From contig CAWFFU010000003.1 in assembly GCA_963815215.1 (NCBI GenBank), positions 928,001-992,000 on the forward strand: DNA of 64,000 nucleotides, read 5' to 3'. A program made the position numbers and the translations under genes. The DNA comes from an uncultured Trueperaceae bacterium. GTDB lineage: Bacteria > Deinococcota > Deinococci > Deinococcales > Trueperaceae. How positions within the stretch are numbered: position 1 is the first letter of the stretch; every line of letters begins with the position of its first letter. The notes below the pieces were generated by a model, which had not been told where the DNA came from, made no database searches, and saw only the letters and a list, made by a program, of their open reading frames with translations. Below, piece after piece: positions 10,330-22,761 of this stretch.

Positions 10330-10806
10330 ATGCGCAAAGTCCTGATTACGCTGCTGGCCATCACGGTCTTCGGTGTGGGTTCCGCGTTCGCACAGAACAG
10401 CATGGCGGCGGAGCACTACTGGGCCGGGGTGAGCGCCGGCTACCCTGGCGCCAACTTCCACTTCGGCGTCAGCGACGTGGCCCCGAACATCAGTGTCCGG
10501 GCGAACCTCGGGTTCGGCTACTTCGGCTATGGCTTCAGCGCCGGGGTTGACGGCCTGTACAACATCCCCGTCAACACGGGCGATCTCCCGCTGGTGGTCT
10601 ACGCCGGCGTGGGCCCGACGTTCTCGTTCGGCTACCTCGGCGGCTTCGCGGCCGGCGTGAATGCCTTCGGCGGCGTCGAGTACCGGCTCGGCCAGATCGG
10701 CTTCGAGCCCGGTGGCGTGTTCTTCGAAGCGGGCCCGGTGGTCTACTTCACGCCTTCGTTCTTCGGCGGCTTCGTCGGTCGCCTCGGCTTCAACTACCAC
10801 TTCTGA
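10330..10806 (+). CDS. Small outer-membrane beta-barrel protein
   Basis: Signal peptide ending SAFA-Q, Gly/aromatic alternating strands, C-terminal NYHF; SD GGAGG. Confidence 0.82.
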   Translation: MRKVLITLLAITVFGVGSAFAQNSMAAEHYWAGVSAGYPGANFHFGVSDVAPNISVRANLGFGYFGYGFSAGVDGLYNIPVNTGDLPLVVYAGVGPTFSFGYLGGFAAGVNAFGGVEYRLGQIGFEPGGVFFEAGPVVYFTPSFFGGFVGRLGFNYHF

Positions 10807-10827
10807 GCCGAACGTTCGCGTAATGGT

Positions 10828-10857
10828 GCGGCCCGGAGCCTGCTGGCTCCGGGCCGT
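10828..10857. terminator. Hairpin between the convergent OMP and mfd genes
   Basis: GCGGCCCGGAGCC-TGCT-GGCTCCGGGCCGT. Confidence 0.65.
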
Positions 10858-10916
10858 TCTCATGGTGGACCGCCCTCGTCCGCCGCCGGCCTCGCGTCGG
10901 CGGCGGACGCTCCCGT

Positions 10917-13900
10917 TCAGCCGACCTGGTAGAGAACGTCCTGGATCGCCGACACCACGTCGCCCTGCTTGAGGCCGCGCTTCTTGATGCTGAACCCGGG
11001 CGGATAGCGCGTGGCTTCCACCGAGAACGGCAGCGCCTTGAGCTTGCGGTTGTCGAAGTCGAGGCTGTCCAGATCGTCCGAGAAGCTGAGCTGCACGTCC
11101 GTCATGTGCTCCTTGACGGTGACGACCCCCTTGCCGGCCGCCAGCAGCCGCAGCCTCACCAGCTCCACGAAGGCCTTCACCTCGGCCGGGAAGGGCCCGT
11201 AGGCCTCGCGCATCTCCTTGGCGATGCGGCCCACCTCGGCCAGATTGCCGGTCTCCGAGAAGCGGCCGTAGTAGTTGATGCGCACGTCGTCGTCCTGGAT
11301 GTAACCGGGGCTGAGGCGTGCGTCCAGGACGAGATCGATGCTGACGGGCGGGACCTCCGCTGCGGTCTTCTCCCCCTTCAGCTTGGCGACCTCCTCTGCC
11401 AGCAGCTCGGTGTACACCTCGATCGACACCGCCGCGATCTGGCCGTGCTGCTCGGGCCCGAGAAGGTTGCCCACGCCCCGGATCTCCATGTCCTTCTCGG
11501 CCAGCAGGTGCCCGGAGCCGAGGTCGTTGAGCTCGGCGATAGCGTAGAGCCGCCGCTGCGCCTGGTCGGTGAGCTTCCCCGGGTAGAGCAGGTAGGCCCA
11601 CGCCTCGGTGTCACGGCGGCCGACGCGCCCACGGAGCTGGTAGAGCTGTGCCAGCCCCAGCCGGTCGGCGCGCTCGATCACCAGCGTGTTGGCGCCGGAG
11701 ATGTCGAGCCCGGATTCGACGATGGTCGTCGACAGCAGCACGTCGAACGCGCCCTCCTCGAAGCCGAGCATGATGTCCTCGAGCTCGCTCGCATCCATCT
11801 GCCCGTGCGCCACCCCGATGCGGGCCTCCGGCACCAGCTGGGACAGGGTGCGGGCGCGTAGGCTCATGGCGCCGATGCGGTCGAAGATGTAGAACACCTT
11901 GCCGCCCCGCTCGATCTCGTACAGCACAGCCTCCCGCACGACCATCGGGTCGTAGGGCTGCAACACCGTCTGGATCGGCTTCCGGCCCTCGGGCGGGGTC
12001 ATGATCTGGGAGACGTCACGCAGCCCCACCAGGCTCATGTAGAGCGTCCTGGGGATGGGGGTCGCCGACAGCGACAGCACGTCGAGGTTGGCCTTCAGGC
12101 CCTTCAGCTTCTCCTTCTGTCCCACGCCGAAGCGGTGCTCCTCGTCGATCACCAGCAGACCCAGCCGCTTGTACACGAGCGCCTCGTTGAGCAACCGGTG
12201 GGTTCCGATGACGATGTCCACGGTGCCGTCGGCGAGCCCCTTGAAGATGGCGCGCGCATCGCGGTCGCTGGTGTAGCGCGAGAGCATCTCGACGCGCACC
12301 GGGAGGCCCTCGAAGCGTTCCCGGAAGGTGTCGTAGTGCTGCCTGGCCAGAACCGTCGTGGGCACCATCATCACGGCCTGCGCGCCGTTGCCCACGGCGC
12401 GGTGCGCCGCCCGGATGGCGACCTCGGTCTTGCCGAACCCGACGTCGCCAGAGATCAGTCGGTCCATCGGGACCTCGCGCTCCATGTCGTCGAGCACGTC
12501 CTCGACCGACCTCGCCTGGTCGACGGTGAGCGTGAACGGACAGTTCTCCTCGATCAGCGGATCCCACTCGGAGGCGGCCGGAAAGGCTGTGCCCGTACTC
12601 ACCTGGCGCGCGGCGTAGGTCTTGATGAGCTCGGCCGCAAGCTCCTGCGCACTGACCCGGGCCCGCTCCCGCGCGCGCGCCCACTCGTTGGTGCCGAGCG
12701 TCGAGAGGCGCGGGGGATCGTCGGTAGTGCCGGGGTGGCGACGCAGCAGCGGGAGCTGCTCGACCGGCAGATAGAGCTTGCCCTCTCCTGCGTACTGGAG
12801 CTGCAGGTAGTCGCGGGTCACGCCCACCACTTGCCGGGGCTCGAGCCCCAGGAAGCGGCCGATGCCGTGATCGGGATGGATCAGATAGTCGCCCACGGTG
12901 AGCTGCGAGGCGTCGTGCACGCTCCGTCCGGGCAGCTTGCCGAGGCGGCGCCCGCCCTGGTAGCCGTACAAGAGCTCCTCGCTGAGCACGACCTCCATGC
13001 GCTCGGGATCACGGTAGCCGCCGCGCGCGCCGCGACCGAGCACCAGCGACACCTCGCCTGGCCGGTGACCGACGCGGGCGTGCCAGGCGCTCGGGAGGTG
13101 CTCGATCACCTTCTCGCGCAGGTAGCGACCGGTACGCTCGAACTTCAGCAGCACGTGCACGCTGTAGCCGTCCCGGAGCCAGGTCTCGACGTCCGCCGCC
13201 ACGTCGCGAAGCTTGCCGCGGTAGTACCCCAGGGGTTGGAGCGGCACGCCGACCACGTCCAGGTCGAGCGGATCCCGCCCGAAGGACACCACCGTGCGAC
13301 CGGCCAGATGACGCCACAGCCAGGCCGTCCGCTGTTCGTCGCCGAGCTCGCCGGCGAACAGCTCCGGCACGTCGAGGAACACGGTGCCGGGCAGGTGCTC
13401 GAGCAGGCGCGTGCTCCAGCTGCTGCGGTCGAGCGGGGCGCCGTCCAGAGGGGCGATCAGCGCACGCTCCAACGAGCGGCCGCCCCGGGTGAGGCCATCG
13501 AGCTCGGTGCCGAAGAACGACAGCCGGAGCTCGTCGTCGGGGTCGTCGGCGTCGAGGTAGAGCGAGAGCGTGTCGCCGCGCACCGTGAAGCCGGGTAGCG
13601 CGTCGCGCTCGTAGCCGTAGGCCATGAGCCGCTCGAGCAGGGCGTCGCGCGGGAACGACCCTCCCAGGCGGAGCTCGAGCGCCAGTTCGGAGGGGTCGTC
13701 GGGGAAGCGCCTGAGCGCACTCCCCAGGCTCAGCACCACCTTCTCGTGCCGCTCGAACCAGTCGCTCAGGCCGGGGTCGATCGTGGCGGACGCGCCGAAG
13801 AGGTGGGCGTCGCCGAACAACTGCAGGCGCTCGTCGGTGGTGAGCAGGACGGCGGGACCGTCATGGCGCGCGAACAACGCCAGGCGCGCCGCACTGGGTT

Positions 13901-13949
13901 GACCCAGGACGCGCCCGGCCGCGAGCGAACTGGGCGTGGCCACGTGCAT
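10917..13949 (-). CDS. mfd: Transcription-repair coupling factor
   Basis: RID domain HPDHGIGRF, GDVGFGKTEVA, IDEEHRFG, SATPIPRTL, QLRGRVGR, TRG motif; ATG 13949 with SD. Confidence 0.96.
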   Translation of the reverse strand: MHVATPSSLAAGRVLGQPSAARLALFARHDGPAVLLTTDERLQLFGDAHLFGASATIDPGLSDWFERHEKVVLSLGSALRRFPDDPSELALELRLGGSFPRDALLERLMAYGYERDALPGFTVRGDTLSLYLDADDPDDELRLSFFGTELDGLTRGGRSLERALIAPLDGAPLDRSSWSTRLLEHLPGTVFLDVPELFAGELGDEQRTAWLWRHLAGRTVVSFGRDPLDLDVVGVPLQPLGYYRGKLRDVAADVETWLRDGYSVHVLLKFERTGRYLREKVIEHLPSAWHARVGHRPGEVSLVLGRGARGGYRDPERMEVVLSEELLYGYQGGRRLGKLPGRSVHDASQLTVGDYLIHPDHGIGRFLGLEPRQVVGVTRDYLQLQYAGEGKLYLPVEQLPLLRRHPGTTDDPPRLSTLGTNEWARARERARVSAQELAAELIKTYAARQVSTGTAFPAASEWDPLIEENCPFTLTVDQARSVEDVLDDMEREVPMDRLISGDVGFGKTEVAIRAAHRAVGNGAQAVMMVPTTVLARQHYDTFRERFEGLPVRVEMLSRYTSDRDARAIFKGLADGTVDIVIGTHRLLNEALVYKRLGLLVIDEEHRFGVGQKEKLKGLKANLDVLSLSATPIPRTLYMSLVGLRDVSQIMTPPEGRKPIQTVLQPYDPMVVREAVLYEIERGGKVFYIFDRIGAMSLRARTLSQLVPEARIGVAHGQMDASELEDIMLGFEEGAFDVLLSTTIVESGLDISGANTLVIERADRLGLAQLYQLRGRVGRRDTEAWAYLLYPGKLTDQAQRRLYAIAELNDLGSGHLLAEKDMEIRGVGNLLGPEQHGQIAAVSIEVYTELLAEEVAKLKGEKTAAEVPPVSIDLVLDARLSPGYIQDDDVRINYYGRFSETGNLAEVGRIAKEMREAYGPFPAEVKAFVELVRLRLLAAGKGVVTVKEHMTDVQLSFSDDLDSLDFDNRKLKALPFSVEATRYPPGFSIKKRGLKQGDVVSAIQDVLYQVG

Positions 13950-14081
13950 GGTTTCTCTCCCGTGCGCCCGTCGGCGCAACCCATGAATCCTACCGCGCTC
14001 CCCGCTGCCGCCGGGTGCTCCGCCGACATCGAGCGCCGGCACCACAGCACCATCCGGGAACCGCGGTCCCGCGTGCAGGGG

Positions 14082-14903
14082 TCAGTCCACGGCCTCCTCG
14101 GGGAAGCGCAGGGCGGCGCCGTAGGCATCGTTGCGGGGCACGCCCAGCGCCGCCAACGCCGATCGCAGGACGGCGCCCCGCACCCCTGCGCCCGCGAGGG
14201 CGTCGATCACCCGCCGGTGCTCGGCGTCCGGGTCGGCGGGCTCGGCCGGACCCACCACCACCACGATCTCGCCGCGCACCCGCTCGCCGTCGTAGCGCTG
14301 TGCCAGCGCGGCGAGCGTGCCTCGCACCGTTGTCTCGAAGCGCTTGGTGAGCTCCCGGCTGACGCTGGCCTCGCGCTGTGGGCCACATGCCGTACCGAGT
14401 TCGTGCAGCGTGCCCGCCAGGCGCTGCGGGGCCTCGTACAGCACGCTGGTGGCGGTGGCGGCCGCGATCGCCTCGATGCGCCGGCGGCGCTCCGCGCCCT
14501 TACGGGGTAGGAATCCTTCGAAGGTGAAGCGCGCCGCGGGCAACCCAGACAGCACCAGCGCCGGCACGAAGGCGGTCGGCCCGGGGAGGGCCTCCACCGC
14601 GACCTCCATCGCCACAGCGCGACGGACCAACTCGGCGCCGGGATCGCTGATGCCGGGCGTGCCCGCGTCGGTGACGTAGGCAACGTGCTCGTAGCGTTCG
14701 AGCAGGCCGGCCGCCCGGGCATCCATGGTGTGAGCGTCCAGACGCTCGAGCGGCGTGGTGATCGCGTAGTGGTCGAGCAACACGCGGCTGCGACGGGTGT
14801 CCTCTGCGGCGACCACGTCGGCCTGCCGGAGCACGTCCAGCGCGCGCCGCGTGATGTCTTCGAGGTTGCCGATCGGCGTGGGGACGAGACTCAGTCGACT
14901 CAC
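14082..14903 (-). CDS. rsmI: 16S rRNA C1402 2'-O-methyltransferase
   Basis: TPIGNLEDIT, AAEDTR, DAGTPGISDPG, RELTKRFE. Confidence 0.95.
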   Translation of the reverse strand: MSRLSLVPTPIGNLEDITRRALDVLRQADVVAAEDTRRSRVLLDHYAITTPLERLDAHTMDARAAGLLERYEHVAYVTDAGTPGISDPGAELVRRAVAMEVAVEALPGPTAFVPALVLSGLPAARFTFEGFLPRKGAERRRRIEAIAAATATSVLYEAPQRLAGTLHELGTACGPQREASVSRELTKRFETTVRGTLAALAQRYDGERVRGEIVVVVGPAEPADPDAEHRRVIDALAGAGVRGAVLRSALAALGVPRNDAYGAALRFPEEAVD

Positions 14904-15112
14904 CGAGCACGGCCGCGGACCTGCAGATAGACCGGTCGGAGCACACGGCCGCGGCTCCGCCGACGGGTGTTGCGTCGCAGCGCGGCGCGCAGCGTCGCCC
15001 GGATGAACTCCGCCTCCCCGATGGTGACCGTCACGACCGCTCCCTCGGGCAGCCGAACGCCCTCTTCGAGCACCACCTGGCCACCCTGGACGCGTCCCCT
15101 ATAGGCCCGCAC
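14900..15112 (-). CDS. Small protein resembling DUF104/AF2212-like antitoxin, with an Arg-rich tail
   Basis: MRAYRGRVQGGQVVLEEGVRLPEGAVVTVTI; SD GAGGAGG before GTG 15112; stop overlaps the rsmI start. Confidence 0.6.
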   Translation of the reverse strand: MRAYRGRVQGGQVVLEEGVRLPEGAVVTVTIGEAEFIRATLRAALRRNTRRRSRGRVLRPVYLQVRGRAR

Positions 15113-15404
15113 GGCTCTCCTCCTCGGTCTCCAGCAGGCGCAGAGACGCGCTCTCGACGACGCTCGCGGCACCCGCGGGCGCGCCGGGCGCGCCGCGCGG
15201 AGCGGAGGGGGCGCGGCGAGACGGCCGGCCCGGACGCCGCAACAGCGTGCGCACCAGCCAGAACGTCACCCAGGCCACGGCGAGCACCAGCGACGCCACC
15301 ACGCTCGCGCCGCGCGTGAGCCCCAACTGCTCGCACGCCTGGACCAGCAGCGGAAGCGCGAACGACGTCGCGGCCAACAGGGCCAACACCGCCACGTAGT
15401 TCAC
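15099..15404 (-). CDS. Hypothetical membrane protein with two TM helices
   Basis: Two hydrophobic segments; overlaps the downstream gene; start uncertain (15404 or 15464). Confidence 0.55.
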   Translation of the reverse strand: MNYVAVLALLAATSFALPLLVQACEQLGLTRGASVVASLVLAVAWVTFWLVRTLLRRPGRPSRRAPSAPRGAPGAPAGAASVVESASLRLLETEEESRAGL

Positions 15405-15530
15405 CCGGGATCCCGTCCTTGCCCCACGGCTCCAGGGTAGCAGGTCGGCACACATGCGCTCCATCCGCGCCGGCCGTAGCGGCGGCTCAGCCGTGGGTCA
15501 CACGTCCCTGCGAAGGTCGCCGGATTCCCC

Positions 15531-15550
15531 TATAATACCCCCTGTGGGTA
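15531..15550 (+). promoter_or_regulatory. -10 box with overlapping CsoR/RcnR-type operator
   Basis: TATAAT at 15531-15536 overlapped by TACCCCCTGTGGGTA (TAC-C tract...G tract-GTA). Confidence 0.75.
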
Positions 15551-15608
15551 CCACTCGCGGCGGCAGATCGGAGTCGGTTCCGATCCGTCCACGTGATCCC
15601 CGGGCCGG

Positions 15609-15893
15609 GTGGGCCGTTTGGAGCGAGCCTTGAACATCAGCGACGACGAGAAGCGCAAGATCATCAACCGGCTGAGGCGGCTCGAAGGCCAGGTCCGCGG
15701 GCTGCAGAAGATGATCGACGAGGGGCGCGACTGTCACGACGTCCTGATCCTCCTCGCCGGGGTGCGCAAGGCGCTGGACGCGACGGGTGACGTGATCCTC
15801 GAGAGGTTCCTCGACTCCTGCCAGGCCGATTTCCGGGAAGGGCGGGGCGACATCGAGGAGATGATCAGCGCCGTGCGCCTGGCGCGCGGCTGA
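15609..15893 (+). CDS. CsoR/RcnR family transcriptional repressor
   Basis: NRLRRLEGQVRGLQKMI...RDC.DVL; two Cys. Confidence 0.9.
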   Translation: MGRLERALNISDDEKRKIINRLRRLEGQVRGLQKMIDEGRDCHDVLILLAGVRKALDATGDVILERFLDSCQADFREGRGDIEEMISAVRLARG

Positions 15894-15924
15894 ACCGCAC
15901 GCCGGGCCCGAGCGGGCGCAGGCG

Positions 15925-17043
15925 TCAGCCACCGGCCGTACTGTAGATCCATCGCACCAGCCGGGTGTTGGGGTAGTAGTAACCGAGGATCTGCGTGTAG
16001 TCGTAGTTGCGCTCGGCCAGCGCCCTGGCGCCGTACTGGCTCATGCCGACGCCATGCCCCCAGCCCTCGCCCTGCAGCTCCAACCCGCCGATCACCGAGA
16101 AGCGCGTCGACCGCAACCCCCAGTCATGCGCCAGCTCACCGAGTTGTATGCCCGTCACCGTCGCGCTGCCCGCGCTGCCCAGCACCTCCAGCAGATCGAC
16201 ACGGCCGGAATCGCTCCGCTGCAGGACCCGGAGGCCGGTGACCGTGCCGACGCGCTTGCCGAGCCGCGCCAGCGACGAGGCGACGGTGCCGGCGTCGAGG
16301 CGGACCTTCCAGCGATCGACGCTGCCGGGAGCGGTCGCGTCGGCCCGCGCGACCAGATACGGTACGGCGACGCCCCACACCTCGCGACTCGAGGCCGTGG
16401 TGCCCCCCGAGTCGGCGTGGTAGTAGGTGCGCGCCACGCGTCCCGCGTACGTCACCACGACCCCTTCGGTCTGGGCCACCGCCCGATCGGAGCGCGCTTG
16501 CTCGGCGCCCATGCCACGGTAGACCTGGCAGTCGACGGTGGCGCACAGGTCGTAGTCCGCTGCCGGCCGCAACGAGCTGAGCGCATAGCTTCGGGCCGCC
16601 ACCGCCTGTGCCTCCAACGCCGCCATCGGCCAGCTCGCCGACATCTCCGCGGGGACCACGCCTCGCAGGTAGGCTTCCACGTCCAGCACGTTCACGACCT
16701 CGACGCCGTTGGCGGCCGCGATCAGACGCAGCGAGCCGCGGTAGCGACGGCCGCCGAAGGCCAGCGGTGCGCCCTCCCCCGTCAACTGCAGGGTGTGCCC
16801 CAGCTTGGCGCCGTCGACGACCAGGCTGCCACCCACTTCGGTGACGGGCCAGCGCAGGCCGGCGCCGGCGTGGAAGGCTCGGGCCCCGTCGATGGTGCCG
16901 TCGTGGGCACCTTCGGCGACCACCACGGCCTGCGAGGTCGTCGCCAGCAACACGCGCACCGTGGCGCCCGCCCTGGCAACGCCGACCGGCACGAGCGCAG
17001 CCAGGACGAGCAGGGAGCTCAAGGCGAGCAGGCGGGGACTCAT
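15925..17043 (-). CDS. SpoIID/LytB domain protein (peptidoglycan lytic transglycosylase-like)
   Basis: Signal peptide, YLRGVVPAEM, ALEAQAVAARSYA, GHGVGMSQYGA, ILGYYYP. Confidence 0.9.
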   Translation of the reverse strand: MSPRLLALSSLLVLAALVPVGVARAGATVRVLLATTSQAVVVAEGAHDGTIDGARAFHAGAGLRWPVTEVGGSLVVDGAKLGHTLQLTGEGAPLAFGGRRYRGSLRLIAAANGVEVVNVLDVEAYLRGVVPAEMSASWPMAALEAQAVAARSYALSSLRPAADYDLCATVDCQVYRGMGAEQARSDRAVAQTEGVVVTYAGRVARTYYHADSGGTTASSREVWGVAVPYLVARADATAPGSVDRWKVRLDAGTVASSLARLGKRVGTVTGLRVLQRSDSGRVDLLEVLGSAGSATVTGIQLGELAHDWGLRSTRFSVIGGLELQGEGWGHGVGMSQYGARALAERNYDYTQILGYYYPNTRLVRWIYSTAGG

Positions 17044-17148
17044 GCGAGGTCAGTATGGCTTCGTGCGGGCGCGCGCGGCATCTGAAAATCGCACACCGGC
17101 CGATGTCGTGCCGTGCGCGTGGGGCCGCCGTGCGAAGATGGGGCCACC

Positions 17149-18003
17149 ATGTTCCAGAACGGATTGCTCGAGGGCAAGGTCATCGTCGTCACCGGCGGCG
17201 GCAGCGGTCTGGGCCGCAGCATGAGCCAGCGGTTCCTGCAGCTCGGCGCGCGCGTCGCCATCGCCAGCCGCCGTTTCGAGCTGCTCGAGCGCGAAGCGCA
17301 GGCGCTCGCCGCCGAGACCGGCGGAGAGGTGCTGCCCTACGCGCTCGACGTGCGCGACGCGCACAGCGTGGGCGGCCTCTTCGACGCGGTCGAAACCCGT
17401 TTCGGACGGATCGACGCGCTGGTCAACAACGCCGCCGGGAACTTCATCTCCCCCACCGAACGGCTCAGCCCCGGCGCCTTCGACGCCGTCCTCGGCATCG
17501 TGCTCCACGGCACGGTCTACTGCACGCTGGAGCTCGGCAAACGCTGGATCGCGCAGGGGCGGCCCGGCGCTGTGTTGAACATCGCCACCACCTACGCGGA
17601 GACGGGATCGGGCTACGTGGTGCCGTCGGCGGTCGCCAAGGCGGGCGTGGTGTCGCTCACCCGCTCGCTGGCCGGCGAGTGGGGCAAGCACGGCATCCGG
17701 CTGAACGCCATCGCGCCCGGACCGTTCCCGACCGAGGGCGCCTGGAGCCGGTTGATGCCCACCGAGGAGATCCAGGCCCTGTTCGAGCGCCGCATCCCAC
17801 TCGGGCGGGTGGGGCGGCACGAGGAGCTGGCCAACCTGGCGAGCTACCTGCTCTCCGACCAGGCGGGGTTCATCTCCGGCGACCTGATCTACATCGACGG
17901 CGGCGAGCACAGCTACGGCGCCGGCGAGTTCAACGTGCTCGACGCGGTCCCGGAGCAGACCTGGGACGCCATGGAGCTCGAACGACGGAAGCGTCGGGGC
18001 TAG
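17149..18003 (+). CDS. SDR oxidoreductase, 2,4-dienoyl-CoA reductase-like
   Basis: TGGGSGLG, NNAAGNF, SAVAKAGV, NAIAPGP. Confidence 0.88.
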   Translation: MFQNGLLEGKVIVVTGGGSGLGRSMSQRFLQLGARVAIASRRFELLEREAQALAAETGGEVLPYALDVRDAHSVGGLFDAVETRFGRIDALVNNAAGNFISPTERLSPGAFDAVLGIVLHGTVYCTLELGKRWIAQGRPGAVLNIATTYAETGSGYVVPSAVAKAGVVSLTRSLAGEWGKHGIRLNAIAPGPFPTEGAWSRLMPTEEIQALFERRIPLGRVGRHEELANLASYLLSDQAGFISGDLIYIDGGEHSYGAGEFNVLDAVPEQTWDAMELERRKRRG

Positions 18004-18028
18004 CGGCGAGGGGACGGCGCGAGGCCGC

Positions 18029-18449
18029 TCAGAGCAGGTTCTCGTTGGGCAGGCGCAGGCGGAACAGGCCGGTGGCGTCGTTGAACTGCAGCACGACGCT
18101 GTAGTCGCCCTGGCCGGCCTTGAAGCTCTGGTCGATGGCGATGCGGTCGCCGGTCTGGTAGGTGCGATCGAAGAGGGTCCGCGCCGGTCCGGCCGGCGTG
18201 TTCGATCTGGACGCTCTCGGGCCGCTGGAAGATCACCTTGACCTCAACGCTGCCGTGGCGCACCGATCCGCTCAGGCGCACCGGGATCGCTTCGGCGGTG
18301 AACGCCTGGCGCGACGCCTGCCCCGTCGCCGTCATCTTGTAGACGAAGATGGGCGTGTGCGACGGGATGCCCAGGTACCAGCCGTGCGTCTCGCCCACGG
18401 CGAAGAACACCACGACGACCAGGATCACGAAGGTGAGGAAGCCCCGCAT
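18029..18449 (-). pseudogene. Membrane-anchored hypothetical protein with a single +1 frameshift near 18206
   Basis: N-terminal frame ...PESVQ continues in the shifted frame as SNTPAGPARTLFDRTYQTG...PNENLL* with GC-rich third positions; span is 421 nt (3n+1). Confidence 0.7.
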
Positions 18450-18529
18450 TGGCCGAGTATACGGGACAAGGCCGCGCCGGGCGGGGAATATCCCACCCGG
18501 CGCGATCGACGTGCGCCGCCGCGTGAACG

Positions 18530-21265
<2,736 letters not shown>

Positions 21266-21550
21266 GCTGACTCCTTCGCGTGGAAGAGGGCGTCGGATCC
21301 GCTGGGGGCCCGCCCCGACATCGGGGCGCGTACGGGGCTTCGTCGATCCGGTGGGCGGGGTCGCGCGCCGTCTGGCGCTTCCCCGGCTCCGCCGCCGCGG
21401 ATTCCAGTCTAGCGGCTGCTGCCCGCCTCTCAGGTCGCCTTGCGGGCCCTGCGCGCCCCGGCGCCCGCTGGCGGGGCACGGCGGCCCCGCATGGCGGGAA
21501 CGGTACCCGCCCTCTCCATCCGGTCCCAGTCTCGAACTACACTACATGAC

Positions 21551-22240
21551 ATGAAAGAGCACCAGTCACGTAGAACGGTGCCGGATCCCGTACCCGCAGC
21601 GCCCGACCTCAGCTTCCGCGTGGTACGGGACCCGACCGCCGCCGAGCTGCTCATGAACCCGACCACCCTGCGCCAGCTCGCCCCCTTCCTGGGACGGGAG
21701 CGCACAGTGGGCCAGGCTGCGACGGAGAGCGGCGAGCTGGCCAACACCGTGCTCAAGCGCGCGAAGCGCTTCCTCGCCGCGGGGCTGCTCGAGGTGTCCG
21801 GCACCCTCCCCCGCCGCGGCCGGCCCATGAAGCTGTACCGGACCATCGCCGACCTGTTCTTCGTGCCGTTCGAAGCAACCGCCGCCGAGTCGCTCGAGAC
21901 CTCGCTGGCCGAGCGGGACGCCTACTGGGAGCGGTTGCTGAGGCGCAACGTCGTCCGTGCCCGCATGGAGGCTCTGGGCACCTGGGGCACCCGCGTGTAC
22001 CGCGACGAGCGCGGCCGGTTGCAGGTTCAGACGGCGGTCACCCCGGAGGCGGACGCCACCACGCTCGACGCCGCCGCGCCGGCGGTGCTGTCCTCCTGGC
22101 GCGACAGCGTCACCCTCGACTTCGAGGACGCCAAGGCGCTGCAACGCGAGATGTACGAGCTGCTGCTGCGCTACGAGCAGAAGCAGGGAGCGCAGCGCTA
22201 CATCGTACGGCTGGCCCTGGCTCCGGTCGGCCGAGGCTGA
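21551..22240 (+). CDS. Winged-HTH (ArsR-like) transcriptional regulator
   Basis: LAPFLGRERTVGQAA...LLEV...RRGRPMKLYR; TACACT 7 nt before the ATG. Confidence 0.75.
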   Translation: MKEHQSRRTVPDPVPAAPDLSFRVVRDPTAAELLMNPTTLRQLAPFLGRERTVGQAATESGELANTVLKRAKRFLAAGLLEVSGTLPRRGRPMKLYRTIADLFFVPFEATAAESLETSLAERDAYWERLLRRNVVRARMEALGTWGTRVYRDERGRLQVQTAVTPEADATTLDAAAPAVLSSWRDSVTLDFEDAKALQREMYELLLRYEQKQGAQRYIVRLALAPVGRG

Positions 22241-22362
22241 GCTCGCGGCAGGGCAAGGACCGGGCCGGGACGGTGGCGGCATCCCGGCATCACACCATCC
22301 GAGGGACCCGGCCGCCGGCCGCCCGCCGCCCGCCGGTGGGGAGCAGCCTGTACCATGGACCC

Positions 22363-22731
22363 GTGAACAAGACGCGTGCGCGTCCCACCTCCCGCGCCGG
22401 CCTGCCGGCCGCGGCCGCGGCGCTGCTGCTGCTCCTGGCGAGCTGCGCGCCCGCCACCCAAGCGCCCCTGCCCGCCGGTGCCGCCGCCAGACAGCTCGAC
22501 ACCACCGCCAGCATCGTCTACCACCGCATGGCGATCGGCTTCCTCGAGACCGGCGCCTACACCACCAACGTGCTGGTCGACGTCCAACTCCCGGCCGGCG
22601 CCCGCTGGACACTGGAGGCCTACGCCCGCGACGGCTCCTCCTATCGCTTGAGGATCACTTCGACGCAGGTCCCCGGTATCGCCTGGGAGGTGTCGCCCGA
22701 CGGCGTCCGTCGGGTCGCCGCTCCTCACTGA
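22363..22731 (+). CDS. Hypothetical lipoprotein
   Basis: Basic N-region, hydrophobic core, lipobox LLAS-C; TACCAT 6 nt before the GTG. Confidence 0.7.
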   Translation: MNKTRARPTSRAGLPAAAAALLLLLASCAPATQAPLPAGAAARQLDTTASIVYHRMAIGFLETGAYTTNVLVDVQLPAGARWTLEAYARDGSSYRLRITSTQVPGIAWEVSPDGVRRVAAPH

Positions 22732-22761
22732 TCCAGAAGCTCGTCGAAAGGGTGCCCGCCC

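Noticed and set aside
21266..21412. Long GC-rich acnA 5' leader as a riboswitch
   Set aside because: Only short GC hairpins expected by chance; no known aptamer motif
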